A DNA stretch of 64,000 nucleotides from an uncultured Pseudomonadales bacterium (lineage in GTDB: Bacteria > Patescibacteriota > Microgenomatia > UBA1400 > CAYNFZ01): assembly GCA_964398525.1 (NCBI GenBank), contig CAYNMS010000002.1:2403-66402 (forward strand), given 5' to 3'. The notes beneath the pieces were generated by a model. That model was not told the origin of the DNA. It ran no database searches and was given only the letters and a program-made list of their open reading frames with translations. Shown here in pieces: positions 10,649 to 20,887 of this stretch. Each line of letters begins with the position of its first letter. Position 1 is the stretch's first letter. A program made the translations under genes and the position numbers.

Positions 10649-11371
10649 GTGGTAAAGAAAAAGAAATATTCACGGGTCCTTTTGAAGATTAGTGGTGAAT
10701 CGCTTTTAGGAGAGAGGGAGTCGGGGATCTCTTATGAAGCCGCTTTGTCGGTGGCAGAACAACTCAAGGAAGTGTATGGTCTGGGAGTGGAAATGGCTAT
10801 AGTTATTGGTGGGGGAAATATTTTTCGAGGATTGTCGGCTTCAAAAACTGGTTTTGACCGGGCAACGGCTGACTATATGGGAATGTTGGCAACGGTGATT
10901 AATGGTTTGGCACTACAGAATGCCCTGGAAGAGCTGGGGGTGGACACCAGAGTACAGTCGGCTTTGGATATGCCCAAGGTGGCAGAGCCGTTTATCAGAC
11001 GACGGGCAATTAGACACATGGAGAAGGGGCGAGTAGTAATCCTCGTAGCCGGAACAGGAAGCCCTTATGTAACCACGGATTCTGGAGCGGCTTTGAAGGC
11101 TTTGGAACTAAACTGTGAAGTATTGATGAAAGCGACAAAAGTTGACGGAGTTTATGATTTTGACCCGATGAAAAACTCGGAAGCAGTGAGGTATCCGAAA
11201 CTAAGTTATTTAGAGGCAATTCAAAATGAGAATGTGCAGGTAATGGATACGGCAGGCATTTCACTGTGCATGGATAATGGATTACCGATTATGGTATTTA
11301 ACCTATTTAAAGATGGAAACCTGAAAAGAGCGGTAGAAGGGGAAGAGATTGGGACGCTGATTGGCGTGTAG
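10649..11371 (+). CDS. pyrH: UMP kinase
   Basis: RVLLKISGESL, GGGNIFRG, ADYMGMLATVIN, KVDGVYDFDP. Confidence 0.98.
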   Translation: MVKKKKYSRVLLKISGESLLGERESGISYEAALSVAEQLKEVYGLGVEMAIVIGGGNIFRGLSASKTGFDRATADYMGMLATVINGLALQNALEELGVDTRVQSALDMPKVAEPFIRRRAIRHMEKGRVVILVAGTGSPYVTTDSGAALKALELNCEVLMKATKVDGVYDFDPMKNSEAVRYPKLSYLEAIQNENVQVMDTAGISLCMDNGLPIMVFNLFKDGNLKRAVEGEEIGTLIGV

Positions 11372-11379
11372 AAGAATTT

Positions 11380-12054
11380 TCAGAGTTTGATGAAACCAGC
11401 AGGATTGACTTGGATACCGTTGTCGTGGATTTCAAAGTGAAGATGAGGACCGGTGGTAAAACCGGTCAGGCCAATTTCGCCAATTTGGTCACCGGCGTCA
11501 ACAACCTGACCAAGGATGACCTGGAAGCGCTTGAGGTGGGCGTAGACGGAGAGAAGGCCGTGGCCGTGATCAAGAATTAAGTAGTGACCATAGCCAGTGA
11601 AGCCTGATTCAAGGTAAACTACTTGCCCGGCAGAGAAGGCTACCACAGGTGATCCAGCTTGGGCAGTTAGATCCCAGGCGAGATGGCCGTTTCGATAACC
11701 TTGAGAAAGGTCGCGCATCTGAGGAACGGGATTAACCGTTTCTCGAGGGGTGGTGTGAATAGGGGGGAGGGACTCAGACAGGACTACATCAGAGACCGGA
11801 AGGAGGTCTGGCGAGAGAGGCGAGCCTTGAGGGTGAGCGAGAGGATTTAACAGAGGCACAGCAAGCATGGCCGTAGCCAAATTAAGGCCAACAAAACGAC
11901 GAATCCAGCGTTTTTCCAACCAACGGCGAAAGAAGCGACTGGCAGGATTGGCTTTGTATGGCCGGGGAAGCCGGTCAATATGGGGCAAATTAAGAGTATT
12001 GACCTGGATATGGAGGAAAAAGTTAAAAAAGATTTCGGAAAGAAAACGTATCAT
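11380..12054 (-). CDS. M23-family metallopeptidase (peptidoglycan endopeptidase-like)
   Basis: HxxxD (HLAWD), YAHL, TGPHLHFEI; exact start uncertain. Confidence 0.9.
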   Translation of the reverse strand: MIRFLSEIFFNFFLHIQVNTLNLPHIDRLPRPYKANPASRFFRRWLEKRWIRRFVGLNLATAMLAVPLLNPLAHPQGSPLSPDLLPVSDVVLSESLPPIHTTPRETVNPVPQMRDLSQGYRNGHLAWDLTAQAGSPVVAFSAGQVVYLESGFTGYGHYLILDHGHGLLSVYAHLKRFQVILGQVVDAGDQIGEIGLTGFTTGPHLHFEIHDNGIQVNPAGFIKL

Positions 12055-12295
12055 AGGGCGGCTTAGTTAGGCCGCTTGAAGGTTTTGCCAAGATGAGGCG
12101 GGAGGATTGCCTTAATTAATTGGTAACTAGGGCAAAAAAACTTCCAAATTCAGGAAGTTTGGTGGAATTTAGCACAATTGGAAGTGAATGTCAATAATAT
12201 TATAGGATATTTCTAAGCTTGGTGATCAAAGCAAACCTTACGAAGGGAGATAAAAATTTGTATACTGGGAAAAGAAGAATAAACGGAGGTTAATC

Positions 12296-13357
12296 ATGGA
12301 AAAAGTAAATGTAGCAATAAATGGTTTTGGTAGGATTGGCCGAACGGCTTTGAGAGTGTGGCTGTCTAGGGACGATTTAAAAGAAAAAATGTGGATGACA
12401 GCGATTAATACGTCTGGTTCGATGGAGGCGGCTGGCTGGGCACATTTGCTTAAATATGACAGTAATTATGGAGTGTTTGAGAAAAAGATATGGGTGGAGG
12501 AGGAAAGGCCGGTTAAGGAAGCGACTGCCGAAGACCCTTTTATTGGAAATCTGGTGATAGAAGGAATCAAAATTCCCCTGCTGGCCCAAAGAGATCCTGA
12601 GCAGATTCCCTGGAAAAAATACTATGTAAAAGTGGTACTGGAGTCTACCGGAGTGTTTACGGATGAAGTTGGAGCAGGTAAACACATAAAAGGCGGGGCA
12701 GAGAGGGTGTTAATTTCGGCACCGAGTAAGGGTGGTAAGATTAAAACTCACGTGCTGGGGGTAAATGAATACTCGGGAGAGTATCCAGTTGCCGACAACG
12801 CCTCTTGTACGACTAATTGCACCGCGCCGGTCGTGGCAGTATTACACGAGAAAATTGGAATGGTTAAGGCTGCGTTGACGACGATTCATGGCTATACCGA
12901 TGACCAGAACTTGCAGGATGGTTCCCACAGAGACTTGAGGCGAGCAAGAGCGGCTGCCAAAAATATTATTCCCACTTCTACGGGTGCGGCAATTGCGGTA
13001 ACCAAAACAATACCTGATTTAGAGAATAAGTTTGATGGTGTGGCTTTAAGGGTGCCGGTGTCGGTTGGGTCTCTATCGGATATTACTTTTTTGGCTAATA
13101 GAGCGACAACGGTGGATGAGGTAAATGGCTACTTAAAAGAGGCTTCGGTGAGTGAAAGATTCAAGGGAATATTGGCGGTAACAGAGGAGCCGATAGTGTC
13201 AGGGGATATCGTGGGTAGAGGCGAATCATCTATCGTGGACTTATCCCTAACTCAAGTGATAGATGGAGATTTGGTCAAAGTCTTTGCCTGGTACGACAAT
13301 GAATGGGGTTATTGCAACCGCCTGATGGAACAGGCGGTGGCTGTGGGTAACAAATAG
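12296..13357 (+). CDS. gap: Glyceraldehyde-3-phosphate dehydrogenase type I
   Basis: INGFGRIGR, ASCTTNC, WYDNEWGY; SD GGAGG. Confidence 0.98.
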   Translation: MEKVNVAINGFGRIGRTALRVWLSRDDLKEKMWMTAINTSGSMEAAGWAHLLKYDSNYGVFEKKIWVEEERPVKEATAEDPFIGNLVIEGIKIPLLAQRDPEQIPWKKYYVKVVLESTGVFTDEVGAGKHIKGGAERVLISAPSKGGKIKTHVLGVNEYSGEYPVADNASCTTNCTAPVVAVLHEKIGMVKAALTTIHGYTDDQNLQDGSHRDLRRARAAAKNIIPTSTGAAIAVTKTIPDLENKFDGVALRVPVSVGSLSDITFLANRATTVDEVNGYLKEASVSERFKGILAVTEEPIVSGDIVGRGESSIVDLSLTQVIDGDLVKVFAWYDNEWGYCNRLMEQAVAVGNK

Positions 13358-13359
13358 AG

Positions 13360-13431
13360 AGGCCGGAGCGGGAGTCGAACCCGCGCATGGCGGTTTTGCA
13401 GACCGCAGCGTTACCACTTCGCCATCCGGCC
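13360..13431 (-). tRNA. tRNA-Cys(GCA), CCA not encoded
   Basis: GGCCGGA/TCCGGCC acceptor stem, GCGGT-CTGCAAA-ACCGC anticodon arm, GGTTCGACTCC T-arm; TGGTATAAT promoter 8 nt upstream. Confidence 0.97.
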
Positions 13432-13518
13432 ACACAGGGATTATACCAAGGCTCGAGAATAAGTGCTGGTTTGTGGAAGTGAAAGGGGTTTGTTAAAATC
13501 ACCTCTGGAGAAAAGAGT

Positions 13519-14496
13519 ATGAAGAAAATTTTTGGCCAGATGAGAAGGTGGGTGACTGGGGGGTTAATATTGGTGCTGGCAGCGTGTGGAAGATTGGGAA
13601 TGGCCGGAGGTGACCAGGGGGCGCTTCAGGTGACGAGTAACGCCGCCTTTGGAGTGTATCTTAATGATAATTACGTGGGTCAAACGCCATTTTATGATGA
13701 AAAAATTGGGGTGGGAGAGTATGTGTTGAAGTTAGTACCTAATGGAGCAGAAGGGTCGGGGGTGTGGCAGACTCCAGTGATGGTGGACAACAGAGCCTTG
13801 AGCGTGGTGCATTATGAGCACGGTCGAAGAAGTGAATTATCCACGAGTGAAGTAATGGAGCTGGAGAAACTGCCGAATGAAGAGGGGGTGGAGTTGTCAC
13901 TAACAAGTATTCCCGACAACGTGGTGGTCAGACTTGACGAACAGGCGGTGGGGTTTTCGCCGGTTTTACTGGATGACTTGACTGAAGGGGATCATGTGTT
14001 AGCAATGGAGGCGGTAGGATATAAAACCAAAACAATTAACTTGAAATTGAATCGAGGTTACCGGCTCAACGTGGCGGTGCAGCTAGCCCGAGATGAAGAA
14101 ACAATGATAGAGAAAGTAGAACCGGTGACCGAGGCGACTGGTAGCGGTGAACTGCTGGAAGTGGATGAATTGCTATCCCCTTCTCCATCCCCTAGTCCAT
14201 CGATTCAGCCAGAAACGTCACCAAGTTCGGGATTTGGACAGGTGATAGGTGGAGTAATCACCGGTGCTGGAAATAATGAGTTGACAAAACCATATGTGGA
14301 AATAAGAGAGACCGGAACTGGATGGTTGAGAGTGAGAAGTCAGGCAGTGGTAGCTGATAATGAAGTAGCCAAAGTAAAAACGGGAACTTTTTTCCCTTTG
14401 GCGGTGGTGAGTAACAATCAAGAGTGGGTGAAGATTGAGTACCAAAAAGACAAAGAAGGATGGGTGAGTAAGTCGTTTGTGCGAATTGTGGAATGA
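13519..14496 (+). CDS. Exported PEGA-domain protein with C-terminal SH3b-like domain
   Basis: N-terminal hydrophobic segment (LAAC), PEGA-like VYLND..GQTP and VRLD..GFSP, C-terminal WLRVR...GWVS. Confidence 0.75.
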   Translation: MKKIFGQMRRWVTGGLILVLAACGRLGMAGGDQGALQVTSNAAFGVYLNDNYVGQTPFYDEKIGVGEYVLKLVPNGAEGSGVWQTPVMVDNRALSVVHYEHGRRSELSTSEVMELEKLPNEEGVELSLTSIPDNVVVRLDEQAVGFSPVLLDDLTEGDHVLAMEAVGYKTKTINLKLNRGYRLNVAVQLARDEETMIEKVEPVTEATGSGELLEVDELLSPSPSPSPSIQPETSPSSGFGQVIGGVITGAGNNELTKPYVEIRETGTGWLRVRSQAVVADNEVAKVKTGTFFPLAVVSNNQEWVKIEYQKDKEGWVSKSFVRIVE

Positions 14497-14500
14497 AGAG

Positions 14501-15457
14501 TTAACTGAGCCAATAGATGATGGTGAAGGAGAGAAGTAGCCAGGTAAGGACAGCGGCAATGAGGGGCTCGTCTGACAGCAGGACCCGTTCGGGACTCTCG
14601 CCTCGATTTTGTTCGTAAACCAGTTGGAGGTAGCGCATAACGCCGTAGATGACTAAGGGAACGGTGGCCATCATCAGCTTTTCGCTAGTAAAAGTTCTAG
14701 GAAAGAGAGTGTAAAGAGACAACAGAAGACCTTGTGGTTTGACGGGTGAATAATTGAAAGAGAAAAGAGCGTAAGAAAGCCAAGTAGCGTTGGCAAACAT
14801 GCCGGTATAAATGTCCAGAAGTCGGGGGGTGTAGCGAGAAAGGGTTTGGCGGTGTCCGGTTAGGTCACCGACGGTACCCTTGAGGAGGGTGCGTTCGCTT
14901 TGGCGTTTACCCACAGCCAAGAAGAGGGAGACTGAAACTACGGTAAGCAAAAACCAAACGCTCATATGAAGGTTGACGACGAGGGCACCGGCATAGACAC
15001 GAAGGATAAAGCCAGCGGCGATGGCAAAGACATCTAATATGGGTTGGTGTTTGAGTTTTAATGAATAAAAAGTGTGAAGCAAAATGTAAAAAAGGATAAT
15101 GGCCAGGAAAAAAGTGGAAGTGGTCCAGGCTAAATAGATGCTGGTAAAAAAGCCGGCAATGGCAAAAAAGGTGGCAGCGGAGACGGAAAGATCACCTGAG
15201 GGAATAGGACGCTTTTTTTTGAAGGGGTGAAGTTTGTCTTGAGGGGCGTCGATAATGTCGTTGACGACATAGACACAGCTGGTAACCAAAGTGAAGATAA
15301 GAAAAGCCCAGGTAACACGGAGGAAATAGCCAGGTTCGAACATAAAACCAGAGAAGAAGAGGGCAGCAAAAAGACTAAGGTTTTTGAGCCATTGGCGGGG
15401 ACGAGCAGTGCGGACAAGGTAGAAAAAAGTAGAATGGGTGATGGTGTTAAGTTTCAT
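14501..15457 (-). CDS. UbiA-family prenyltransferase (decaprenyl-phosphate phosphoribosyltransferase-like)
   Basis: RPRQWLKN, YVVNDIIDAPQDKLHPFKKKRPIPSG, GKRQSE; start at MKLNT. Confidence 0.88.
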   Translation of the reverse strand: MKLNTITHSTFFYLVRTARPRQWLKNLSLFAALFFSGFMFEPGYFLRVTWAFLIFTLVTSCVYVVNDIIDAPQDKLHPFKKKRPIPSGDLSVSAATFFAIAGFFTSIYLAWTTSTFFLAIILFYILLHTFYSLKLKHQPILDVFAIAAGFILRVYAGALVVNLHMSVWFLLTVVSVSLFLAVGKRQSERTLLKGTVGDLTGHRQTLSRYTPRLLDIYTGMFANATWLSYALFSFNYSPVKPQGLLLSLYTLFPRTFTSEKLMMATVPLVIYGVMRYLQLVYEQNRGESPERVLLSDEPLIAAVLTWLLLSFTIIYWLS

Positions 15458-16553
15458 GAGAGCGAGTGGCTTGAGTGAGATATTTAAGCCACAACAAGAT
15501 GCCACTAGTAATTAGGGCAGCTAGGGCTATTGTAAAGATTTTTTGGGCGCTGTTCAATTTGAGTGACAAAAGGCCAAGGACGAAAGTAGCAGCCCAGTAA
15601 AACAAAGCAATCTGTGGCCGGGACCAGCCTGAGTCAAGAAGGTGGTGATGGAGGTGGCCGCGGTCTCCCCAGACTGGAGACTTACCTTGATACACGCGCC
15701 TGATAATAGAAACGATAGCGTCGGTAGTGGGGATGGCGAGGATGAGAATCATGGCAGCAACTTTGGCTCCAGAAAGGATTGCCAAAATAGCGAGAAGAAA
15801 ACCGGCTAAAGTGCCCCCGCCATAACCGGGCATAATTTTTTGGGGGAAGAAGTTAAAAAGGAGGAAACCAGCGTAGGCTCCGGCGGTGATGGCAGCCAGG
15901 GAGGTGACCTCCCACTGAGTGATATCGGAAGAGAATCGAAGAGAGAATAAACCCATAAACACGGCGGCGATGGCCACAAACCCGGGCATTTGACCGTCTA
16001 AACCCTTGGACCAGTTGACGATGTTGGACATCCAGAGAATCCAGATTAGGGCAAAAAGATCTGAGATTACCCAAATGGTGCGGAGTTTGCCAAAAAGAAA
16101 GATGGGGATTTGGGGAGTGTTGAGATGGATTACGGAGCCAGGGGGGCCGAAAGGATTGGTGATAAACGCAATGCCGATACCAGCCCCAACGACAATCAAA
16201 GCGGCAACGGTAGTGGTAAGGAGACGCAGGTAAGGGGAAAGGTCATAGATATCGTCGGCTATACCGACAAGAGTGAGAATGAGGGCGGCGGTGAGAATGC
16301 CAACGAAATGCTTGTCTACACCCAAAAAGAAGAACCCGGCTATGGCCAGAGCGATAAAAATGGGAATACCTCCTCCGCGAGGAACCGGGTGGGAGTGAGT
16401 GTTTTTGAGGCGACTATGTTTAGCTGGGTCGTCTACCCAGCCCCGGCGGCGATAGAAGCCAATAACCAACGGAGTGAAGAAGGCGGTGAGAATAAAGGCT
16501 AGGATAGCGGGTAAAAGGAAAGTGGAGACAAGTATTGGCAATGAAGGAAACAA
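15447..16553 (-). CDS. Undecaprenyl-phosphate sugar-1-phosphate transferase (WecA/TagO, MraY-like family)
   Basis: PRGGG, GIADD, NxxNxxxGLDG, FNFFPQKIMPG, DRGHLHH. Confidence 0.9.
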   Translation of the reverse strand: MFPSLPILVSTFLLPAILAFILTAFFTPLVIGFYRRRGWVDDPAKHSRLKNTHSHPVPRGGGIPIFIALAIAGFFFLGVDKHFVGILTAALILTLVGIADDIYDLSPYLRLLTTTVAALIVVGAGIGIAFITNPFGPPGSVIHLNTPQIPIFLFGKLRTIWVISDLFALIWILWMSNIVNWSKGLDGQMPGFVAIAAVFMGLFSLRFSSDITQWEVTSLAAITAGAYAGFLLFNFFPQKIMPGYGGGTLAGFLLAILAILSGAKVAAMILILAIPTTDAIVSIIRRVYQGKSPVWGDRGHLHHHLLDSGWSRPQIALFYWAATFVLGLLSLKLNSAQKIFTIALAALITSGILLWLKYLTQATRSHET

Positions 16554-16919
16554 TTAAAGAATGATGATTAAAACGTGGAAAAGGGCGATAGTAAAAAGAA
16601 AGGAGATTAAAGTGGAAGTGACGGCAAGAATTCGAGCAAACATGCGATCAGATTGGAAATGGATGCGAGACAACCAAATATGGGTGATGAGGAAAATGAG
16701 GGTGGCTAAAGGTAGAGCTAGAAGGAAGGGTTTTTTGGCAAGTTGTTCTGGGCCTCTGGCAAGAGAGTAAAAAATAGGGACTACGGGAGGGAGGCGATGG
16801 TAATGGTAGATGAGGGTGAGAGTAGAGGAAATTAGGAGGCCAAAAGACACGAAGAAAGAAGTGCGAACTATTGAATCACGTACAAAAGAATTAGTGGAAA
16901 AGTGATGCGGTCTGGGCAC
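16554..16919 (-). CDS. Small membrane protein (DUF1648-like)
   Basis: 3 TM segments; LPPVVPIFYS..RG motif. Confidence 0.6.
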   Translation of the reverse strand: MPRPHHFSTNSFVRDSIVRTSFFVSFGLLISSTLTLIYHYHRLPPVVPIFYSLARGPEQLAKKPFLLALPLATLIFLITHIWLSRIHFQSDRMFARILAVTSTLISFLFTIALFHVLIIIL

Positions 16920-16944
16920 AGAGGCATTATATCAAGAGATTCGG

Positions 16945-18489
16945 CTAGAGGCGTTTGTAAACCAGGGCGCGATGGCCTTGATTTGCCTGGGCAGAAAGGC
17001 CGGGGTCGCCAATTCGCTCCACAAGCAAATAACTAGTGTCGATATGGGCTTGTAACTCTGGAAAAGGCAAGGGTTCGTTTTCCATGATGACGATGGCAGC
17101 TGGGGGATTGGCTTCTAAATGATTGAGAGTGGTTTGGTAGTAATCCAGGTCGTTAACATGAAAGGAAGTGACGAGTTTGGTGGCGGGCAGGCGATTGGAC
17201 ATGACGTAAACCTCCGGGTCATTGCCCCAAACGTAGATTTTTTCTCCCGGTAGAGTTAATTGCCTGAGTCGAGTGGCTAAGGCATAGTTACGGGGAACCC
17301 GACGATCAAAAGTACGATAGAAACTGGTACGGTCGGCTTGACCGGTGATATAGGTAAAGAAATGGCGATAGTAAGGAACAACACTCCAAAATGAGAAATT
17401 AAAACGGACAAAAGAGGCTAAAACTAGAGTGATACCCGCTAGCGAAAGGACTCGGATCAATCGGGAAGGGTGGAGGAAAAGATAACCGACAACTAAAAGG
17501 AATGGAGCAACAACTTGGAGGAGATAGTGGGGATAAGGACGGGCAGAGAGTAAGGCGGCAAAGAGAGAGCTAACGAGCCAGAAGAGAGAGAAAGTGACGA
17601 AGGGAGGAAGGCGGCGGCGGGAGAAATATAAAAGAAGGATAAAAGTAAGCCAGAGCAGAATTCGAGCGGTAAGGCTGCCAAAGAGGAGATATTGAGTGAG
17701 GAAATCAGAAGCCTGCCAAACAGAAACATAGCCAGCACTACCGGTGGCGTTAAAAATTAAAGAAAGGGGAGAGACGCCTAAAATGGCCAAGAATATCACA
17801 GCGATAACCACGGGGAGGGCGAGGCCAAGGACAAAGAGGTGGAAATGTCGATTGGAAATAAGGTGCTTTTGTAACTCCTTGAGGGAGTGGGGAAAGAAAT
17901 AGAAGAAGGTGGTGATGGCAATAATATCTAGGGCGGCATGTATTTTGAAGAGGAAAGCTAGTGAGAGAAGTAGGCCGGAGACAAAATGGAAAGAGGGGCG
18001 GGTGGTAAGCTGCTGGCGGCGACCAGGTTTAGTGGTAAGAAGAACTAAGGCTAGCAAAACTAGAACAATAAAGAAGTTTTCTGCATTGGCAATGGTGCCT
18101 TCAATGATGGGAGTGGAGGTGAAAAAAACAAAAGCCAGTGTGAGGAAAAAAGCCGAAGATAAGGAGAAAAGGCGACGAGAGAGGATAAAAAAGCAGGAAG
18201 TACCCAGGAGGGTGGCCAGGATTAAGATGAGGCGAAGGTTAGTGACATGGGTGGCAAGGGCGGACAAAAGATAAATGGCAGGGGGTTTGTTGGGGAAGTC
18301 GGTGATTTGGGAGTAAAGAACCTGACCGTGACGGATGCCGTGACCGATGGCTAAGTAGATATTTTCGTCACCGTACCAAAATGGCTCAAAAAGAGAAGGC
18401 AGACGAAGGATAACGACCAAAAGGAGAAGGAGAAGGAGATATTCGTGTTGGTTTAGATAACGATTGAATTTGGCCAAGAGAGCAAACAT
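16945..18489 (-). CDS. GT-C fold membrane glycosyltransferase (ArnT/PMT-like)
   Basis: DE motif after TM1 (WYGDENIY), NKPP, YPHY; about 12 TM plus C-terminal soluble domain. Confidence 0.75.
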   Translation of the reverse strand: MFALLAKFNRYLNQHEYLLLLLLLVVILRLPSLFEPFWYGDENIYLAIGHGIRHGQVLYSQITDFPNKPPAIYLLSALATHVTNLRLILILATLLGTSCFFILSRRLFSLSSAFFLTLAFVFFTSTPIIEGTIANAENFFIVLVLLALVLLTTKPGRRQQLTTRPSFHFVSGLLLSLAFLFKIHAALDIIAITTFFYFFPHSLKELQKHLISNRHFHLFVLGLALPVVIAVIFLAILGVSPLSLIFNATGSAGYVSVWQASDFLTQYLLFGSLTARILLWLTFILLLYFSRRRLPPFVTFSLFWLVSSLFAALLSARPYPHYLLQVVAPFLLVVGYLFLHPSRLIRVLSLAGITLVLASFVRFNFSFWSVVPYYRHFFTYITGQADRTSFYRTFDRRVPRNYALATRLRQLTLPGEKIYVWGNDPEVYVMSNRLPATKLVTSFHVNDLDYYQTTLNHLEANPPAAIVIMENEPLPFPELQAHIDTSYLLVERIGDPGLSAQANQGHRALVYKRL

Positions 18490-18550
18490 AGCATTAGCAT
18501 AGCAAATTGTGGCGTGAGTGGCTATTAATAACTAGGACTTAACTGGAGTT

Positions 18551-20050
18551 TTATTTGGGAGAAACTTTCTCGGTGACACGATATTCGATGTAGCGGCCCA
18601 GCATTAGGCGAGTGTGGGCGTCTAAGCCAGGAAGAGCAGAGAAAAAGAAGCCAATGATGGGTAGCAGGAAAAACTCTAAGGGTTGGAGAAGTTTGGTGAA
18701 GATAGAAACCTGGTGAGGCCGGGGAGGGCGATTTTTGGCATCAATGAGAATGATGATAAACATTGAAAGAAGGGACAAGGTAAGAATGGTACTGGAGACT
18801 TGAGGGAGGGTTTTGCCCATGATGGTACGGGAGAATTCGGGATTGAGAAGTGGAGGGAAAAAGGCGCCCACGGTGATGGCAAACCAATTGACTGGCCAGA
18901 GGAAGTGGTCTTCAATGACTTTTAAGACTCGTACAGTTTTGTCCCAAAAAGGAACTCCGGGGACAGTTAAGTATTGGCGAATAATGTAGGCATCGTCGCT
19001 AACTCCCCAAGCCCAACGTTTGATTTGTTCATATTGATTTACCATGCTGGCCCAAAAACCATTGGCTTGAGCGGCGTCGGCATAGACGGGAAGGAATAAC
19101 GGCTCGACTTCCAGATCGCCTTTAAAGTGAAAATAAGCCTTGAAGAAAAGCCGATAATCCTCGGGAATGACGTCGGTATCCCAGTAGCCAATTTCATCAA
19201 TCATTTTGAGGCTGGTGGAGTAGGTAGAAAAGTTGATCAGCCGGTCACGACGCATAAGGATAAACATTTGAGTGACCGAAAAAATTGAAGCCAGGACTCG
19301 AACCGGGGCGGGAACCTGCCATATATTGTTGTAAAAAGTAATGGCAGCCTGCCAGATGCGGCGGTAGCGATGGGGGTGATTCAAAAACTCGAAAGTGAGG
19401 GCAGAGAAATACTGGGAATCAAGCAGGGCGTCGGCATCTTGACTGGTAATGGTGACCAAGTTAATATCAAAGCCTTGTTGATCGATGAGTTTTTGTTTGG
19501 CAAGTTTGGCGCCCCAAGCGGTGTTGCTGCTTTTACCTTTGACTTCATTTTTAATGTCAGGATGGTAGGTAGTCCAAAGGTGACCAAAGTGGTGAGAATA
19601 TTTTTTGACTAGGAGTTTGGCTTTTTGATGGGCCGACTCCCCTTCTCGCTCTTCAAAAGAAAGCATGAGATGAAGGTTTTGGGTTGGATAGCTTTGTCCA
19701 GCTAAGTTAGCCAGGGTACGCTCGAGTGTCGGCAGCGGTTCTTGGTAGGTGGGAATAACGATGATGTGGTGGTATTGATCCCAAGCGGATTTGGTTTTTA
19801 GATCCGCGAGCCAATCATTTTTTCTTGAGGCTTGGATGCGCATGTGAGCAAAGACGGCAAGGAAAGCGACGGACAGAGAGCGGTATAGCCAGTAAACCGA
19901 AAAGGAAATGATATAGTAGGCAACCACTTCGGGAATAAGGATCGAACCCCAGACTGGGAAGAGAATGAGAAACCAAGAAAAAAGCCCTGGCAGAATTTCG
20001 AGAGCACGTTGGGTACGGACGGGATGGCGGCGAACATAGGAACTGACCAT
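18551..20050 (-). CDS. Processive GT2 glycosyltransferase
   Basis: IPTYQE, GKSSN, DAD, EDY, QIKRW (QxxRW) plus TM helices. Confidence 0.85.
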   Translation of the reverse strand: MVSSYVRRHPVRTQRALEILPGLFSWFLILFPVWGSILIPEVVAYYIISFSVYWLYRSLSVAFLAVFAHMRIQASRKNDWLADLKTKSAWDQYHHIIVIPTYQEPLPTLERTLANLAGQSYPTQNLHLMLSFEEREGESAHQKAKLLVKKYSHHFGHLWTTYHPDIKNEVKGKSSNTAWGAKLAKQKLIDQQGFDINLVTITSQDADALLDSQYFSALTFEFLNHPHRYRRIWQAAITFYNNIWQVPAPVRVLASIFSVTQMFILMRRDRLINFSTYSTSLKMIDEIGYWDTDVIPEDYRLFFKAYFHFKGDLEVEPLFLPVYADAAQANGFWASMVNQYEQIKRWAWGVSDDAYIIRQYLTVPGVPFWDKTVRVLKVIEDHFLWPVNWFAITVGAFFPPLLNPEFSRTIMGKTLPQVSSTILTLSLLSMFIIILIDAKNRPPRPHQVSIFTKLLQPLEFFLLPIIGFFFSALPGLDAHTRLMLGRYIEYRVTEKVSPK

Positions 20051-20089
20051 AGAGTGTATTTTAAAAGATGATGAGGAGGAAAGCGAAGA

Positions 20090-20878
20090 TTAGATGGCTA
20101 ATCGGAAAAGGGAATGGGTGTTTTTTGAGATTTGGTGAACAAGATTTGAAAGGGATTGGTTGAGGAGTTGAGAAGCACAGGTGTAGGTGGAGGCAATATT
20201 GGCCGGGTGGTTGGGAAACTGACCCCGATGGGGATTTAGGTAGGGAGCGTCGGTTTCAAGTAGGAGCCGATTGGCAGGAACAAGAGGAAGCAGAGAGCGA
20301 AGGGTTTTGGAAGAAGAGAAAGTTAGATTGCCAGCAAAAGAGATGTATAAGTCCAGGTCGAGGGCTCGACGCAAAATGGTCTCGTCGCCTGAAAAGCAAT
20401 GAAGAACGGCTTTGACTGGGTGGCTATGGAGAAGATTAAGAGTGTCGGAATGGGCGTCTCTGATGTGAATGGTAAGCGGGAGTTTGTTTTCTTGGGCAAG
20501 TTTGAGTTGGTGGAGGAAAAGTTCCTGTTGAAGCTCGATAATTTGGAGTCGCTTAGGATGGTGAGTGATCCAGTGATAATCAAGTCCACACTCACCTAGG
20601 GCAACGGGAGAGCGAGTGAGTTGGTCGTTTAGAGCTTGAAAAAGAGGTTTGGGGGAGGCTTGAGACTCGATAAGATCAGTGGCCAGACTGGGGTGAAGGC
20701 CGATGGCGGCATAAACTTGAGAGTGTTGGGAAGCGAGTTGGAGAGCCTGATGATTGGAATCCGGATCAATACCGGGCACAATTATGGTGTTGACTCCGGT
20801 TTGAGTGGCGAGAGAGAGATAGTGATCTGCTTGAGAAAGTAGAGGGGGTAGGTTTAAGTGAGTGTGAGTATCGACCAT
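20090..20878 (-). CDS. tatD: TatD-family nuclease
   Basis: DTHTHL, GLHP, GECGLDY, HCFSG, LETDAPY. Confidence 0.93.
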   Translation of the reverse strand: MVDTHTHLNLPPLLSQADHYLSLATQTGVNTIIVPGIDPDSNHQALQLASQHSQVYAAIGLHPSLATDLIESQASPKPLFQALNDQLTRSPVALGECGLDYHWITHHPKRLQIIELQQELFLHQLKLAQENKLPLTIHIRDAHSDTLNLLHSHPVKAVLHCFSGDETILRRALDLDLYISFAGNLTFSSSKTLRSLLPLVPANRLLLETDAPYLNPHRGQFPNHPANIASTYTCASQLLNQSLSNLVHQISKNTHSLFRLAI

Positions 20879-20887
20879 AAGAGTAAA

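Noticed and set aside
13360-13431. tRNA-Cys as an integration site
   Set aside because: No integrase and no duplicated tRNA 3' end seen in the window.
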